From the NCBI GenBank assembly GCA_947053455.1, contig CAMRSV010000001.1, positions 64,001 to 128,000 on the forward strand: a stretch of 64,000 bases of DNA. Direction: 5' to 3'. A program made the position numbers and the translations under genes. Below are positions 31,453 to 42,460 of this stretch, in pieces (positions within the stretch are counted from its first letter, which is position 1; each line of letters starts with the position of its first letter). The DNA is from an uncultured Alphaproteobacteria bacterium. Its GTDB lineage: Bacteria > Pseudomonadota > Alphaproteobacteria > Rs-D84. Under the pieces are notes generated by a model, which saw nothing but the letters and a program-made list of their open reading frames with translations, was not told where the DNA came from and did no database searches.

Positions 31453-32286
31453 ATGCAAAAACAAAAGCGCATTGCCGCAATAACCATGGCTCGAAATGAC
31501 GACTTCTTTCTGGGGCGATGGATTAAATATTATGGAAATGAAATAGGACGTGAAAACCTGTACGTTTATCTGGACGGACTAGACCAATCTGCACCACGCG
31601 ATGCGCGTGATGTAAACATAACAAAACTGCCCCATGTGGAAGAAGCCGTACAACGTGGTGACAAACGCAGAATACTGCTGCTATCGGATTTGGCTAAAAA
31701 ACTTTTTAATAATGGATACGACATTGTCATAGGATGCGACTGCGACGAATTTTTGATTGTAGATCCGGCGAAAAACAAAACTCTTGCCGAATATTTATCC
31801 GGGATACGAAATGTAACATCGGTATCGGGCCTTGGGTTAGATGTGGGCATGGATTTAAATACCGAATCCGCATTAGATATGCGCGCCCCATTTCTAACAC
31901 AGCGTAGATATGCCCTGTTGTCGACGCGCTATACAAAACCCGTCGTAATGTTCCGCCCGGCAACCTGGGGCAGCGGGTTTCACAGTGTAAAGGGTAAAAA
32001 TTTTCACATTGATAAAAATCTGTATCTGTTGCACTTTGGCGGCGTTGACTATAACATGATAAAAAATAAAATCGGCGACCGAAACCCATCATGGGAAAAA
32101 CACCTAAAAAAACGCGCACGAACAATTGAAACAATCACAAAAGTGCATCGCCGAAATGCATCACTTAAAATCGCGCGTACGCTGCAAACCTTACTGCGCC
32201 CTGTATACGACTGGAACAAGCCTGCGATGCTGGGGCTAAAAATGGTCACAACAATACCAGAACGCTTCAAGAAAATCGGTATATAA
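31453..32286 (+). CDS. Glycosyltransferase family 2-like protein
   Basis: TMARND..FLGRWIKYY, DCDEF (DxD), WGSGFH, LLHF. Confidence 0.8.
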   Translation: MQKQKRIAAITMARNDDFFLGRWIKYYGNEIGRENLYVYLDGLDQSAPRDARDVNITKLPHVEEAVQRGDKRRILLLSDLAKKLFNNGYDIVIGCDCDEFLIVDPAKNKTLAEYLSGIRNVTSVSGLGLDVGMDLNTESALDMRAPFLTQRRYALLSTRYTKPVVMFRPATWGSGFHSVKGKNFHIDKNLYLLHFGGVDYNMIKNKIGDRNPSWEKHLKKRARTIETITKVHRRNASLKIARTLQTLLRPVYDWNKPAMLGLKMVTTIPERFKKIGI

Positions 32287-32309
32287 AAATGGGGTGCATC
32301 CCCCATTTT

Positions 32310-33314
32310 TTATTTCCGGTCAATCAATTTCAAAATGCGCCGCCGATATTTTCGTGCGCGCATTGTTTGCACAAAATCCAGCGCACCGTCACGATACATT
32401 TTATCAAAATATATCCGTGCCGCATCCATGCCACCTGGAAACCCGCGTGCAGCGCGCATAACAATTATGAAAAATGGCCATAAAAATTCACGTGACCATG
32501 TCCTTAATTGTTTTGTATTGGAATGTTTTTTTGCATACAAGTATGATGCCGCCGTCGCACGTGATATATTTTCAAAAACGTTACGTGATGTTGCGGCATT
32601 TAATGCCGACGACATATTCGGCACATAATAGTACAGTGGCGTCCGCAAAATAACCGCATGTGGCCGACGCAGCAAAATCTCGGTCCACCAGAGAAAATCT
32701 TCAGCAATTTTTATGGACGTGTCAAATTTCATTCCAGAAATAAATTTGCGGCGCATTAAATGCATCCATGGATAGCAATGCCGAATGCGAAACAATCCAA
32801 ACGAATGGTTTCGTTCCGTTGAATACCCCAGCAAATTATCCGTCACGACACCCGTCACGCACGCCGGATTATAAACATGCGCCAAGGATTTTGGCACAAA
32901 ATCCGCCGTATCAAGACCCGAACGCAACAGACGACGCATCCCCATTTGTGCACGCGCGTCAAAGCGAAAAGAAACAGTGTCGGCATTATTCTTATCCGCC
33001 AGGCATGTTGTTATTTCAAACAATTGCGGATGTATAAAATCATCGCTGTCTATAAATATCACATATTGCCCACGGGCAAGCTTTATACCGTCATTTCGCG
33101 CCGCAGATACACCCCCATTTTCTTTGTGGATTACACGTATACGCTTGTCACGACGCGCATATTCATCCAGTATTTTTCCACTGTTGTCCGGACTGCCGTC
33201 GTCGACACATATCGCCTCCCAGTCCGTTAATGTCTGACTCATCACACTGTCTAGACATCTGCGCACATATCTTTCAACTTTATATACTGGTATTATTACA
33301 CTTACTTTGGGCAT
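32310..33314 (-). CDS. Glycosyltransferase family 2
   Basis: VSVIIPVY, VDDGSPD, NGGVSAARN, FIDSDD. Confidence 0.93.
   Translation of the reverse strand: MPKVSVIIPVYKVERYVRRCLDSVMSQTLTDWEAICVDDGSPDNSGKILDEYARRDKRIRVIHKENGGVSAARNDGIKLARGQYVIFIDSDDFIHPQLFEITTCLADKNNADTVSFRFDARAQMGMRRLLRSGLDTADFVPKSLAHVYNPACVTGVVTDNLLGYSTERNHSFGLFRIRHCYPWMHLMRRKFISGMKFDTSIKIAEDFLWWTEILLRRPHAVILRTPLYYYVPNMSSALNAATSRNVFENISRATAASYLYAKKHSNTKQLRTWSREFLWPFFIIVMRAARGFPGGMDAARIYFDKMYRDGALDFVQTMRARKYRRRILKLIDRK
33060..33314. repeat. 255-bp exact direct repeat, copy A (5' end of GT2 gene)
   Basis: Identical by eye to 33858..34112. Confidence 0.9.
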
Positions 33315-33317
33315 AGC

Positions 33318-34124
33318 TTATCCCCTAAAAAATTTTCCAACATACGGCAATTTCTGCAGTTTACGCATACGCCACAACCATATCAATCCGTGTTCACGCG
33401 CAAACGTGCGTCGAAACTTTTTACTGGCCTTGTAATCCAGTTTCATTTTTTTTCTTTTTTCCACATCACGCGAATTCAACAACGACAAATCGTTGAACAT
33501 ATAGTGATATAGCACATCGGGCACAACCACCAAAAGGCGCATACGCGTCAAAATCCGCAGCAGGAAATCCATATCCTCCATTGTCATCATGCCAACCGGA
33601 AAAGAAATTCCGCAATCGGATAAAAACTTACGCGAGAAAACATACCGCCACACATACCCATCCGACAATGCATTTGTTCGTTTAAAAATTCCAAATGTAG
33701 TACGCACAACGCGCATACGGTTGTACAACAATCCTTTTGTATATTTAACATTTGTGACAAATCCGCTTACCGCGGCATCCGCACCGGTACTAACCAGTGC
33801 ATCAATCATTTTCTCATAATAATCTGGGTCGATAAAATCATCACTGTCCATGAAATGCACATATTGCCCACGGGCAAGCTTTATACCGTCATTTCGCGCC
33901 GCAGATACACCCCCATTTTCTTTGTGGATTACACGTATACGCTTGTCACGACGCGCATATTCATCCAGTATTTTTCCACTGTTGTCCGGACTGCCGTCGT
34001 CGACACATATCGCCTCCCAGTCCGTTAATGTCTGACTCATCACACTGTCTAGACATCTGCGCACATATCTTTCAACTTTATATACTGGTATTATTACACT
34101 TACTTTGGGCATTTTTACTGTCAT
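33318..34124 (-). CDS. Glycosyltransferase family 2
   Basis: Same GT2 N-terminal motifs; FMDSDD, MED. Confidence 0.93.
   Translation of the reverse strand: MTVKMPKVSVIIPVYKVERYVRRCLDSVMSQTLTDWEAICVDDGSPDNSGKILDEYARRDKRIRVIHKENGGVSAARNDGIKLARGQYVHFMDSDDFIDPDYYEKMIDALVSTGADAAVSGFVTNVKYTKGLLYNRMRVVRTTFGIFKRTNALSDGYVWRYVFSRKFLSDCGISFPVGMMTMEDMDFLLRILTRMRLLVVVPDVLYHYMFNDLSLLNSRDVEKRKKMKLDYKASKKFRRTFAREHGLIWLWRMRKLQKLPYVGKFFRG
33858..34112. repeat. 255-bp exact direct repeat, copy B
   Basis: Identical by eye to 33060..33314. Confidence 0.9.
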
Positions 34125-34126
34125 GG

Positions 34127-35152
34127 TTATTTATTTCGGGGTCGAATAAAATCATATATTTTTGCACGAACTTTGGCAGCCCACTTGAACGGCGGATTGT
34201 CCAACGCGCCAATTTTATTCATTTCTACAAAGCATTCACGCGCCGCATTCAAATCATGCGCATTGTCTATGTATTTTATCTTGCTGAACGCCTTTTTTAT
34301 AAAAAACCATTTAAAATTGTCGGTCCAGCACCGTGTCTGATATTCATTGGCACTTTTATGATACAACATGTACGCGTCATTGATTCCGATGCACAATCCC
34401 TGCAGTATATGCAATGCCTTGGCCGACAAAACAATTCCACCAAAATTCGGGCGATAAAAAACCAAGGGCATGCGCGTAATTGTAGTTCGCGGCTGCTTAA
34501 GCAAAAGTGCCGACCACCACGGAACATCCTCAAACAAAATACCTTTTATAAACGCGATATCTTGAATCATTTCGCGCCGATACAGGTTTTTCCAAACCTG
34601 GCAATGCTTTACCAGCCATTTTCTTTTCAAATTAAAGGGGTTGTGCGTACGTTCGGTCGCATATTTAAATATATCGTCCGTTACACGTGTTTTTATTTTT
34701 GCCGCATCATACCGGCGCCGTATACTTTTCGGTACGACATTATCTGTGTCCAAACCCAATTTATGCCGTATCATCATTTTCGGCCGATACGAACGGTCGT
34801 ACGTAAACGCCACCATATCTGAATTGTCGCGGCGCGCCAGGGTATATGTCACCTCCATCGCCTGGGGATGCAAAAAGTCATCACTGTCCAGATACATGAC
34901 ATAATCGCCGCGTGCATGCTTCATTCCAGTATTTCGCGCAACGGACAGTCCCATATTTTCCTGCGTAAAGACCTTGAAGCGTTTATCGCGCGCGGCATAT
35001 TCTGCCAAAATCTTGCCACTATTGTCTGGGCTGCCGTCGTCGACGCATATCGCCTCCCAGTCGGTAAATGTCTGCGCAATCACACTGTCTAGGCATGCCC
35101 GCAGATATTTTTCAACCTTAAAAACAGGTATAATTATTGAAATTGCTGGCAT
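34127..35152 (-). CDS. Glycosyltransferase family 2
   Basis: ISIIIPVF, VDDGSPD, GLSVARN, YLDSDD, FED. Confidence 0.93.
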   Translation of the reverse strand: MPAISIIIPVFKVEKYLRACLDSVIAQTFTDWEAICVDDGSPDNSGKILAEYAARDKRFKVFTQENMGLSVARNTGMKHARGDYVMYLDSDDFLHPQAMEVTYTLARRDNSDMVAFTYDRSYRPKMMIRHKLGLDTDNVVPKSIRRRYDAAKIKTRVTDDIFKYATERTHNPFNLKRKWLVKHCQVWKNLYRREMIQDIAFIKGILFEDVPWWSALLLKQPRTTITRMPLVFYRPNFGGIVLSAKALHILQGLCIGINDAYMLYHKSANEYQTRCWTDNFKWFFIKKAFSKIKYIDNAHDLNAARECFVEMNKIGALDNPPFKWAAKVRAKIYDFIRPRNK

Positions 35153-35164
35153 GCCCGCCCCTTT

Positions 35165-36070
35165 TTATTTATTCATCTTGTTTATCATGACATCAGCAAC
35201 ACTGCCCGGAATCTGGCGCTTTGCCCACGGGCTTTTGTACGCCGTTTTCTGGAAAAACGCACCTGATGTGTATTTATCGAACAATTCCTGACTAAATGGT
35301 TCATTTGCAATTGACCACCACAGGGCATGCGTCGGATCTTGATCTACATGCGGCATCTTTTCAAAATACTTGGCGGCCAATGGGTCGTTTTGAACCAGCG
35401 CCTTAAACATCAATTGATGCATGAAGTAATCAAATTCGCGTGGCTCGTTCAACCAGAAATTATGAATCACTGCACGCCATGCCTCTAATAGATATGCCCC
35501 CTTGCGGCCACGTATAAAACAGTTCTGAATAAAACTGTACGGGCTGCCAACATTTTCACCGGCCATAAATACAAAGAAATCTTGGTCTACGATATATTGC
35601 GGTATGGGCGATGTCACAAACCCCGTCGAATCCAGCCAGAATCCCCCGTGATTATGCAACAGTTCAACCCGGCAAATATCCAAGAAATGCGCGACCGCGA
35701 TTTTGCCCTCATGAAACTTGTCCATAATTACGCCAGGCAAGTCTATGTAATTGAACAAAGTCTTTTCATCAAGCAACAATACTTTTTGTGTCAGGTTCTT
35801 TTCCGCACTGCGCATGCATGCCTTGACCAAATCGGGCATCGGGTTGTACCCCCAGAAAACGAACACGTTTTCATTTGCGTCGTTTTTTACCGCTGGCTTT
35901 TCTGCGACAGTACCCGGCGCCGGAACGTAACGCGCCAGATAGCGCGGTATCGCAACGGTTGCAACGGCACACCGATGGGCGCGGCGCTTATCACGCGGCC
36001 ACCACAGCGGGTTTAATACGTGCGCGCGCAACGCAATGTCCGTCAATGCTAATGTTCTGCTTAATTTCAT
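35165..36070 (-). CDS. Capsular polysaccharide synthesis protein (GT32-like)
   Basis: FVFWG...P.LVKAC, HFLDICRVELLHNHGGFWLDST, DYFMH. Confidence 0.85.
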   Translation of the reverse strand: MKLSRTLALTDIALRAHVLNPLWWPRDKRRAHRCAVATVAIPRYLARYVPAPGTVAEKPAVKNDANENVFVFWGYNPMPDLVKACMRSAEKNLTQKVLLLDEKTLFNYIDLPGVIMDKFHEGKIAVAHFLDICRVELLHNHGGFWLDSTGFVTSPIPQYIVDQDFFVFMAGENVGSPYSFIQNCFIRGRKGAYLLEAWRAVIHNFWLNEPREFDYFMHQLMFKALVQNDPLAAKYFEKMPHVDQDPTHALWWSIANEPFSQELFDKYTSGAFFQKTAYKSPWAKRQIPGSVADVMINKMNK

Positions 36071-36150
36071 AAGGCACCCCTTTTAGTTATAAATTACAAT
36101 AATATAAATGTTTTTACCATTCGTCTAAATCATGTAGCATTGTTTCCTCC

Positions 36151-37233
36151 TTATTCTTCTGTGACTGACATTTCATCCGCATCATCTTCGGCGGGGCCGG
36201 TTGTCATCTCTTCGGCAATACCCGACGCACGTGCCATGATTTTTTCTAGCAATTCTTTCTGAACATCTTCGCGGTCACGCAGCCATTGGCGTGCATTTGC
36301 CTCGCCCTGCCCCATGCGCTCACTATTATATGAATAAAAGCTACCCGCCTTTTCAATCAGGTCGTATTTCACACCCATATCCAGAATTTCACTAACGCGA
36401 CTTATACCTTCGCCGTACATGATTTTGAAATCAACCGTCCGGAATGGCGGTGCGACTTTGTTTTTAACAACCTTAACACGTGTTTCGTTACCAACAATGT
36501 TTTCCTTGTCCTTTATTTGACCGGTGCGGCGAATATCCAGACGTACCGACGCATAGAACTTTAACGCATTACCACCAGATGTCGTTTCCGGGTTTCCAAA
36601 CATAACACCGATTTTCATACGTATTTGGTTGATAAAGATAAGAAGAGTGTTACTGCGCGAAACAGAACCAGCAAGTTTTTTCAAACTCTGACTCATCAAT
36701 CGCGCTGTGGTACCGACAAATGAATCGCCGATATTTCCCTCTAATTCCGCACGCGGAACCAGCGCCGCCACACTGTCAATTACAACAACATCAACCGCAC
36801 CAGATTTTACCAACGTATCTGTGATTTCCAATGCCTGTTCACCGGAATCGGGCTGCGATATAATCAGATTTGATACATCAACACCCAGTTTTTTCGCGTA
36901 ACTTGGATCCAGTGCATTTTCCGCATCAATATACGCACATGTGCCGCCTTTTTTCTGTGCCTCTGCAACCGCATGCAGGGCAAGCGTTGTTTTACCCGAA
37001 CTTTCCGGTCCATAAATTTCAATTATACGACCACGCGGATATCCGCCAATACCCAGCGCAATATCCAAACCCAAGGAACCACTTGATATTGCCTCAATAT
37101 TCTGCTGGGTGCCGTCACCCATTTTCATAATGGCTTCCTTGCCAAATTGCTTTTGAATTTGCGCCAAGGCAGATTCCAATGCCGGATTTTTTGCGGCCGC
37201 ACCTGTTTCTTTCACAGATTCTTTCTTTGCCAT
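36151..37233 (-). CDS. recA: Recombinase RecA
   Basis: [43 protein letters not shown]. Confidence 0.99.
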   Translation of the reverse strand: MAKKESVKETGAAAKNPALESALAQIQKQFGKEAIMKMGDGTQQNIEAISSGSLGLDIALGIGGYPRGRIIEIYGPESSGKTTLALHAVAEAQKKGGTCAYIDAENALDPSYAKKLGVDVSNLIISQPDSGEQALEITDTLVKSGAVDVVVIDSVAALVPRAELEGNIGDSFVGTTARLMSQSLKKLAGSVSRSNTLLIFINQIRMKIGVMFGNPETTSGGNALKFYASVRLDIRRTGQIKDKENIVGNETRVKVVKNKVAPPFRTVDFKIMYGEGISRVSEILDMGVKYDLIEKAGSFYSYNSERMGQGEANARQWLRDREDVQKELLEKIMARASGIAEEMTTGPAEDDADEMSVTEE

Positions 37234-37301
37234 AAATTTCCCCTTTTTTCTTTTGTTTTAATGATACAAGGAAATTTACCCGCGCGCAATTAAATAATAT
37301 T

Positions 37302-38492
37302 TTAAGAATCACCGCGCCCTATTAGAACCAAGGCCGCCATAACACCTATTGCCGACGTTACAATCCAAACTGCGCTTGTTGCGCCAAACACCGCGATACA
37401 TGCCGCCCCCAGCATTGGTGCCACAACATTAGGAAGGTTTACACTGGTGCGGAACACACCATAGAAACGGTTCTGTTGGGATTTTGTTGCATTGTCAAAA
37501 AACATCAAATCATGCACTGATTCCATCAATGCGCCCGACACCTGCCACAAGATGAATACAGACAACAACGTATACCCTGATGCAAATGTTGCGATTGCGG
37601 AAAATACGGAAAACGACACAAATCCCAGCATTAGCCATAATTTCTTGCCAAAGCGACGCACGGCGCGTCCCATAAATTCACTCAACAACAAATACGGAAC
37701 AATCCCCAGCGTCAGAACCAGCCCCAGTGTATCTTTGGAAAAACCGTTTTCAATAACCACAATCGGCACATAGAGATAACGCATCGCCCGCAGCGAATAA
37801 TATCCAAAATTAACCAAATATGCCCGCAGCATGCCCGGCGTACGGAAAAACGCATGCGTATTTCGCATAAGCGCGCGCATGGTTTTACGCGGGTCGGTGG
37901 CACGCCTTTTTTTCTCTTCCTGTACGATACCAAAATACTTAAAGAACATCCATCCGGCCAGATATATAACGGCCGATGCGAAAAACGCGGCACGTGTTCC
38001 GAATATATTTGCAATCTGAACCGCAATCATTGGTGCAAAAAACGCCCCAATATTCAACCACAGATGATAGCGCGCGTTTAACTTTGCCATACCGATATTT
38101 TTGGAAAAGTCCGCCATAAAAAGTGGAATTAGCACACCAACCAATGTAATCGCGATACCCGTCGTGTAGTCAAGAATGATAAATGTTGATGGACTAATTG
38201 AAAAACTCATCATCGCATAGCACAACGCTAGCGCTAACATTGAAAAATAAAACAACCGCGCCTTGGAAAACATGCGCAGCAGTTCGTTCGCAAACAGTCC
38301 CACAATCATGCAAAATGCCGAATAAAACGCGACATAGACACCAACCACCGCCGACGACAGGAATATCTCTAAAATAACCAGCGAATAAACCGCGTTGTAA
38401 ATACCGTCCGCAAAACCTGTAAACAGCCCCAGATTCGAAAACGAAAATCCACTTACATTTTCCCTTACCGAAATATACTTGTCCTTTGCCAT
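37302..38492 (-). CDS. MFS transporter
   Basis: 396 aa with about 12 hydrophobic segments; GRAVRRFGKK loop. Confidence 0.85.
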   Translation of the reverse strand: MAKDKYISVRENVSGFSFSNLGLFTGFADGIYNAVYSLVILEIFLSSAVVGVYVAFYSAFCMIVGLFANELLRMFSKARLFYFSMLALALCYAMMSFSISPSTFIILDYTTGIAITLVGVLIPLFMADFSKNIGMAKLNARYHLWLNIGAFFAPMIAVQIANIFGTRAAFFASAVIYLAGWMFFKYFGIVQEEKKRRATDPRKTMRALMRNTHAFFRTPGMLRAYLVNFGYYSLRAMRYLYVPIVVIENGFSKDTLGLVLTLGIVPYLLLSEFMGRAVRRFGKKLWLMLGFVSFSVFSAIATFASGYTLLSVFILWQVSGALMESVHDLMFFDNATKSQQNRFYGVFRTSVNLPNVVAPMLGAACIAVFGATSAVWIVTSAIGVMAALVLIGRGDS

Positions 38493-38554
38493 ATGCGTAT
38501 CCCAAATATTGTGTGGGCAAATATTAACATAATGCGACGCGCAAAAACATCCGA

Positions 38555-38887
38555 TTATTTTCTGAAGCTGATTTTTTCAACAACGCTGCGCCCGAAATAG
38601 CGGTTTATCTTTTCGACAATTTCGTCCGACATGTATGACAATTGCAATGCGAACGCCGGATTCGCAGGTCGAATTGCAATATTATACCCCCCGTTGCGTG
38701 TTTTTTTAATGGCGGCCAATTTTGCAATCTTTGCTATTTCGCCCCCCATAATTTCATCCCATCGCGCAGACAAATCCGCGTCCGACGCACGAACGCCGAA
38801 CATACGTATCAGCCCACCCAACGCCCCCGCGATTGTCATCGGGCGCGATGCGCGCGTCGTTATGTTTTTATTTTGCTGGTTTGACAT
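38555..38887 (-). CDS. DUF721/DciA family protein
   Basis: RWDEIMG...ALQLSYMSDEIVEKINRYFGRSVVEKI pattern. Confidence 0.8.
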   Translation of the reverse strand: MSNQQNKNITTRASRPMTIAGALGGLIRMFGVRASDADLSARWDEIMGGEIAKIAKLAAIKKTRNGGYNIAIRPANPAFALQLSYMSDEIVEKINRYFGRSVVEKISFRK

Positions 38888-39971
38888 AATCGTATTCTTT
38901 CGGCATCAGGATAAACATCTGACCCTGGGCATGCTGACCATGGGCGAACTGATACGCTTCTTGCCCCTTGCCAAAAAATATATCTGCACGTATCCAGCCG
39001 CGTATTGCACTACCTGTATCTTGTGCAATCATAAGACGGCGGAATTTGCGCCCGTCGGACAAATTTGTGCTGATATACACAGGCATACCAAGGGTATAAA
39101 TACTATCATCCATGGCAACAGAACGAATTTTCGATAATGGCGTTCCCAGTTTCCCAATTACATCTGGCGGAACAGACTCATAAAAATAAACATAGCGCGG
39201 ATTCGTGTAAATAACATCTTTAGCTAATGACGGATTTTTTTTCAAATGCGACCATACCGCATCTGCGGAATAGCCTCCGTCCGGTCGAATGCCGCGACGA
39301 CGCAATTCTTCGCCAATTGATTTGAACGGCATATCATTGACGGCCGCAAAATTTAATTTCACCATCTTACCGTCATCTAATTGCAACATACCGCTTCCCT
39401 GAATCTGAATATTTTGAACATCAACAATATTCGCCCAATACAAAACGCGACCTATCTGTTGTTCAACAATATCCTTTTTCGCCACCCCTTTGTAATTACG
39501 TCCGTCAGTTGGTACCCCCATCAGCGGTTCATTACATTGTGCCGTTTTGGTGCGGCACCCTGGAATAATGGGGGAATAATATCCCGTGTATGTACCGGTA
39601 TCACGACCGTTATCATCATAAATTTGATACGGTTGGAAATTTGATTCAAACCATGCGCGCACTGTCGCCACATCTGCGGACGCACTGGGTAATGAATTGC
39701 ACTTTTCTTCAACCAATGCGCGGTCGGGAATTACACGGCCGGTGTATTGAATCTTGGCACGGCACGAATTACGAAACGCCTGCAGGGCATATCTGACATC
39801 ATCATCACGCCAGCCCGGCAAATCAGAATACGACACGCGCCGCAGATTACCCGGCACGACGGAATCGTCACCCGAATGACGCGACGGCGACAAATCGCAC
39901 CCGGCAATCACCACAAGACACACCGCCGCCAAAACAGCGCGCATAAACCGATTGTTTTCCCAAATCTTCAT
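38868..39971 (-). CDS. mltA: Membrane-bound lytic murein transglycosylase A
   Basis: Lipobox IAGC; TGYYSP, IQIQGSG, NPRYVYF, AQDTGSAIRG...D.FFG (3D domain). Confidence 0.93.
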   Translation of the reverse strand: MKIWENNRFMRAVLAAVCLVVIAGCDLSPSRHSGDDSVVPGNLRRVSYSDLPGWRDDDVRYALQAFRNSCRAKIQYTGRVIPDRALVEEKCNSLPSASADVATVRAWFESNFQPYQIYDDNGRDTGTYTGYYSPIIPGCRTKTAQCNEPLMGVPTDGRNYKGVAKKDIVEQQIGRVLYWANIVDVQNIQIQGSGMLQLDDGKMVKLNFAAVNDMPFKSIGEELRRRGIRPDGGYSADAVWSHLKKNPSLAKDVIYTNPRYVYFYESVPPDVIGKLGTPLSKIRSVAMDDSIYTLGMPVYISTNLSDGRKFRRLMIAQDTGSAIRGWIRADIFFGKGQEAYQFAHGQHAQGQMFILMPKEYDYVKPAK

Positions 39972-40081
39972 TTTTATCGTCTCCCCCACTTGTAAAACAA
40001 CTTCTTTCATGCTATATTAACATAAAATATGGGGTTAAGTCCAGACCGGGTTTGCCCCGGAAAACAAGGAGCAAACAAAAA

Positions 40082-40522
40082 ATGGCAAACTTTAATATCA
40101 TTTCCCAGTTCTTAAAGGACATTTCCTTTGAAAGTCCGAATGTTCCGGAATTGTTCTTTAAGCAGGACAATAGCCCGGCCAAAATGGAAATTAACATCGA
40201 TATGCAGGTAAAGGGTGCGGAAAACAACTTGTTTATGGTTGATTTGATTATCAAGGCGCATTCCAAACTGGAAGCGGATGACAAATCAATATTCATGATT
40301 GATTCGACATATTCCAGCCTGGTTCAAATGGACGAAAACGTCAAGGATGAAGAAACTAAAAAACGCACATTGTTGATTGATGTGCCGACACTGCTGTTCC
40401 CGGCGGTGCGCGCGCTGATTGTGCGTCTGACGGCAGAATCCGGATTCCCGCCGTTCGCGATGCAACCGGTTGATTTCGAGGCATTGTATAACCAGAAACA
40501 AAGTACTACGGCCAACAAATAA
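40082..40522 (+). CDS. secB: Protein export chaperone SecB
   Basis: QFLKDISFESP, PTLLFP, GFPP...PVDFEALY. Confidence 0.95.
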   Translation: MANFNIISQFLKDISFESPNVPELFFKQDNSPAKMEINIDMQVKGAENNLFMVDLIIKAHSKLEADDKSIFMIDSTYSSLVQMDENVKDEETKKRTLLIDVPTLLFPAVRALIVRLTAESGFPPFAMQPVDFEALYNQKQSTTANK

Positions 40523-40542
40523 TCTGATTATGATAAAATATT

Positions 40543-40564
40543 ACCCCGGAAATTCCGGGGTTTT
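40543..40564. terminator. Intrinsic terminator after secB
   Basis: ACCCCGGAAATTCCGGGGTTTT. Confidence 0.7.
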
Positions 40565-40588
40565 GTTTTGCCGTACACGCATCCGCGA

Positions 40589-41608
40589 CTATTTTTCATT
40601 TGCCATTTGATTAAGATAATATGAAATAGATTCCCCGATAAAATATGAACTTTTTTCAGTCGGGTTAACCTGGTATTGCGTAAAATCTTGTTCGGACAGC
40701 ATATAAATTAACCGACTATCCCATATTTTTTGACATCCCACTGCGCCATAATTTGCGACTGTATAATCTATGAAATGCGCAAATTCATGAAAAAAAGAGC
40801 CGCAATATTTATTAAACAATTCTGAATCTGTTTTACCGTGATTTAATTTTATAATGTTTGCACGATTTATAACTATAAAGCGATAAGTATTACCGGCTTT
40901 GTCATTATGACGTAAATATACGCCACACAAATTGTTATCAAAATTTCTAACGTAATTATCATGTTCTTTTATAGAACTCGGCAGATTTTTCCAAGAATCG
41001 ATTACCAAAACTTTCAAACCTATTTCCGTAAGCCCTATATTCGCTTTTAATACATCCGCCAATTTTTGAAAAAATTGTTCAAGCATAATCCTATCGCCAT
41101 GGACCGCATTGGCACGTGCCTCTTTATAAACATCAGGATTTTCCGCAATAAACTTTTTAAACTCGCGAATATAGTACAGTGCCACTTCCGGCAAATTATA
41201 AACCTTATCTGAAATCTGATGTCGTAATTGTGCCGCGTCCGAGCCTTTCTTTTTCATTTTTGCAATTTCCACATCAAATGTTGAAAACGCGCCCCCGACA
41301 TCAAATAAATCCGGGCTGCGTACAAACTGATAAATAGAAATGTCACGCGGTCGATTCCTATCCATTTCAATCGCGCGCCGCATACGTTCAATTGTTCCGA
41401 TAATACCAAATTCTGCAATCAACGATTTAATTGCCGGAGATAATTTTTCATGCAGCGCGGCTTTGCGTGATATATCCGCCTCAATATATTCTGTTAATCG
41501 CGACAACAAAATCTGTGCGTCACGCACGGTCCAGCTGACTTCATTTGCATCATTTTGACCCGCAACCAATTTTTTGGCCGCATTATTAAAATCTTTATCT
41601 TTTGCCAT
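40589..41608 (-). CDS. Hypothetical protein with C-terminal HExxH motif
   Basis: 339 aa; FFHEFAHFID followed by NPTE; AT-rich 3' half. Confidence 0.7.
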   Translation of the reverse strand: MAKDKDFNNAAKKLVAGQNDANEVSWTVRDAQILLSRLTEYIEADISRKAALHEKLSPAIKSLIAEFGIIGTIERMRRAIEMDRNRPRDISIYQFVRSPDLFDVGGAFSTFDVEIAKMKKKGSDAAQLRHQISDKVYNLPEVALYYIREFKKFIAENPDVYKEARANAVHGDRIMLEQFFQKLADVLKANIGLTEIGLKVLVIDSWKNLPSSIKEHDNYVRNFDNNLCGVYLRHNDKAGNTYRFIVINRANIIKLNHGKTDSELFNKYCGSFFHEFAHFIDYTVANYGAVGCQKIWDSRLIYMLSEQDFTQYQVNPTEKSSYFIGESISYYLNQMANEK

Positions 41609-42272
41609 TTTTGTTACCGTTTTAATAAATATTATATCATAAAAGATAATAAAATAAAAACAGCCAGCAACCGCCCAGAATTTTCCACAGGCGTATTTAT
41701 TTAACGCAGATTTTTTATCAGAAATTTCCCTGCCTTATCAGATGGATATCTGACTATCCGTCACCATATAAACTAACAACAAAAAATGATATATACATCA
41801 AAATATCAGTTTTTATCAACCGCAAATTGAATATAATAATTAATTCTATTTAATTAAATTTGGTTAAAAACGAATATAAGGCAAAAGGATAATTGATACC
41901 GAAACAAAACGGCAGTGCCGTCGTGGCTTATGCACGATTGACTATACAGGAATAAAAACATAAAATTTATCTAATTACAGATTAATGGCTGCGACTAAAT
42001 CAATATAGCTTTATCAACACCAAGATTTATTAAATATGTCTATCCACCGCAAACCTTGCATGGCCGCCCACCACGACGGATTACATCGCGACTGTCTATA
42101 TGTACACAATTTTTAGGCACAAGATTAAAATGATATAATTCTACATGCCTATTTACTACACATACCAAAATCAATCAAAAGATGATTTTACTCGATAAAA
42201 CAACCGTTTTAAGAAATAATTTTTCAAACACCAAAATAAATTACAAGATTATATAAAATCAGATTTTACTCC

Positions 42273-42408
42273 GGCATAGAGGTATGAGAGTGGCTGATTC
42301 CCTCGGCGCGGTGCGCCTGTGGGGAAACCGTAATGGCTCGACTGTGCTGTCGCTTGTCTCGCCCACTTGTTTTCGAACCTGCGACTAATAGTCGGATGAA
42401 CCCATGCC
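42273..42408 (-). ncRNA. RtT-like structured element downstream of tRNA-Tyr
   Basis: GC-rich island containing AGGTTCGA and ending in a degenerate copy of the tRNA-Tyr 3' end, 179 bp from the original. Confidence 0.5.
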
Positions 42409-42424
42409 ATAAACTACAATCCCC

Positions 42425-42460
42425 AAAATAAAAACACCCGATAAACGGATGTTTTTATTT
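42425..42460 (-). terminator. Hairpin after tRNA-Tyr
   Basis: AAAATAAAAACACCCG...CGGATGTTTTTATTT inverted repeat. Confidence 0.6.
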
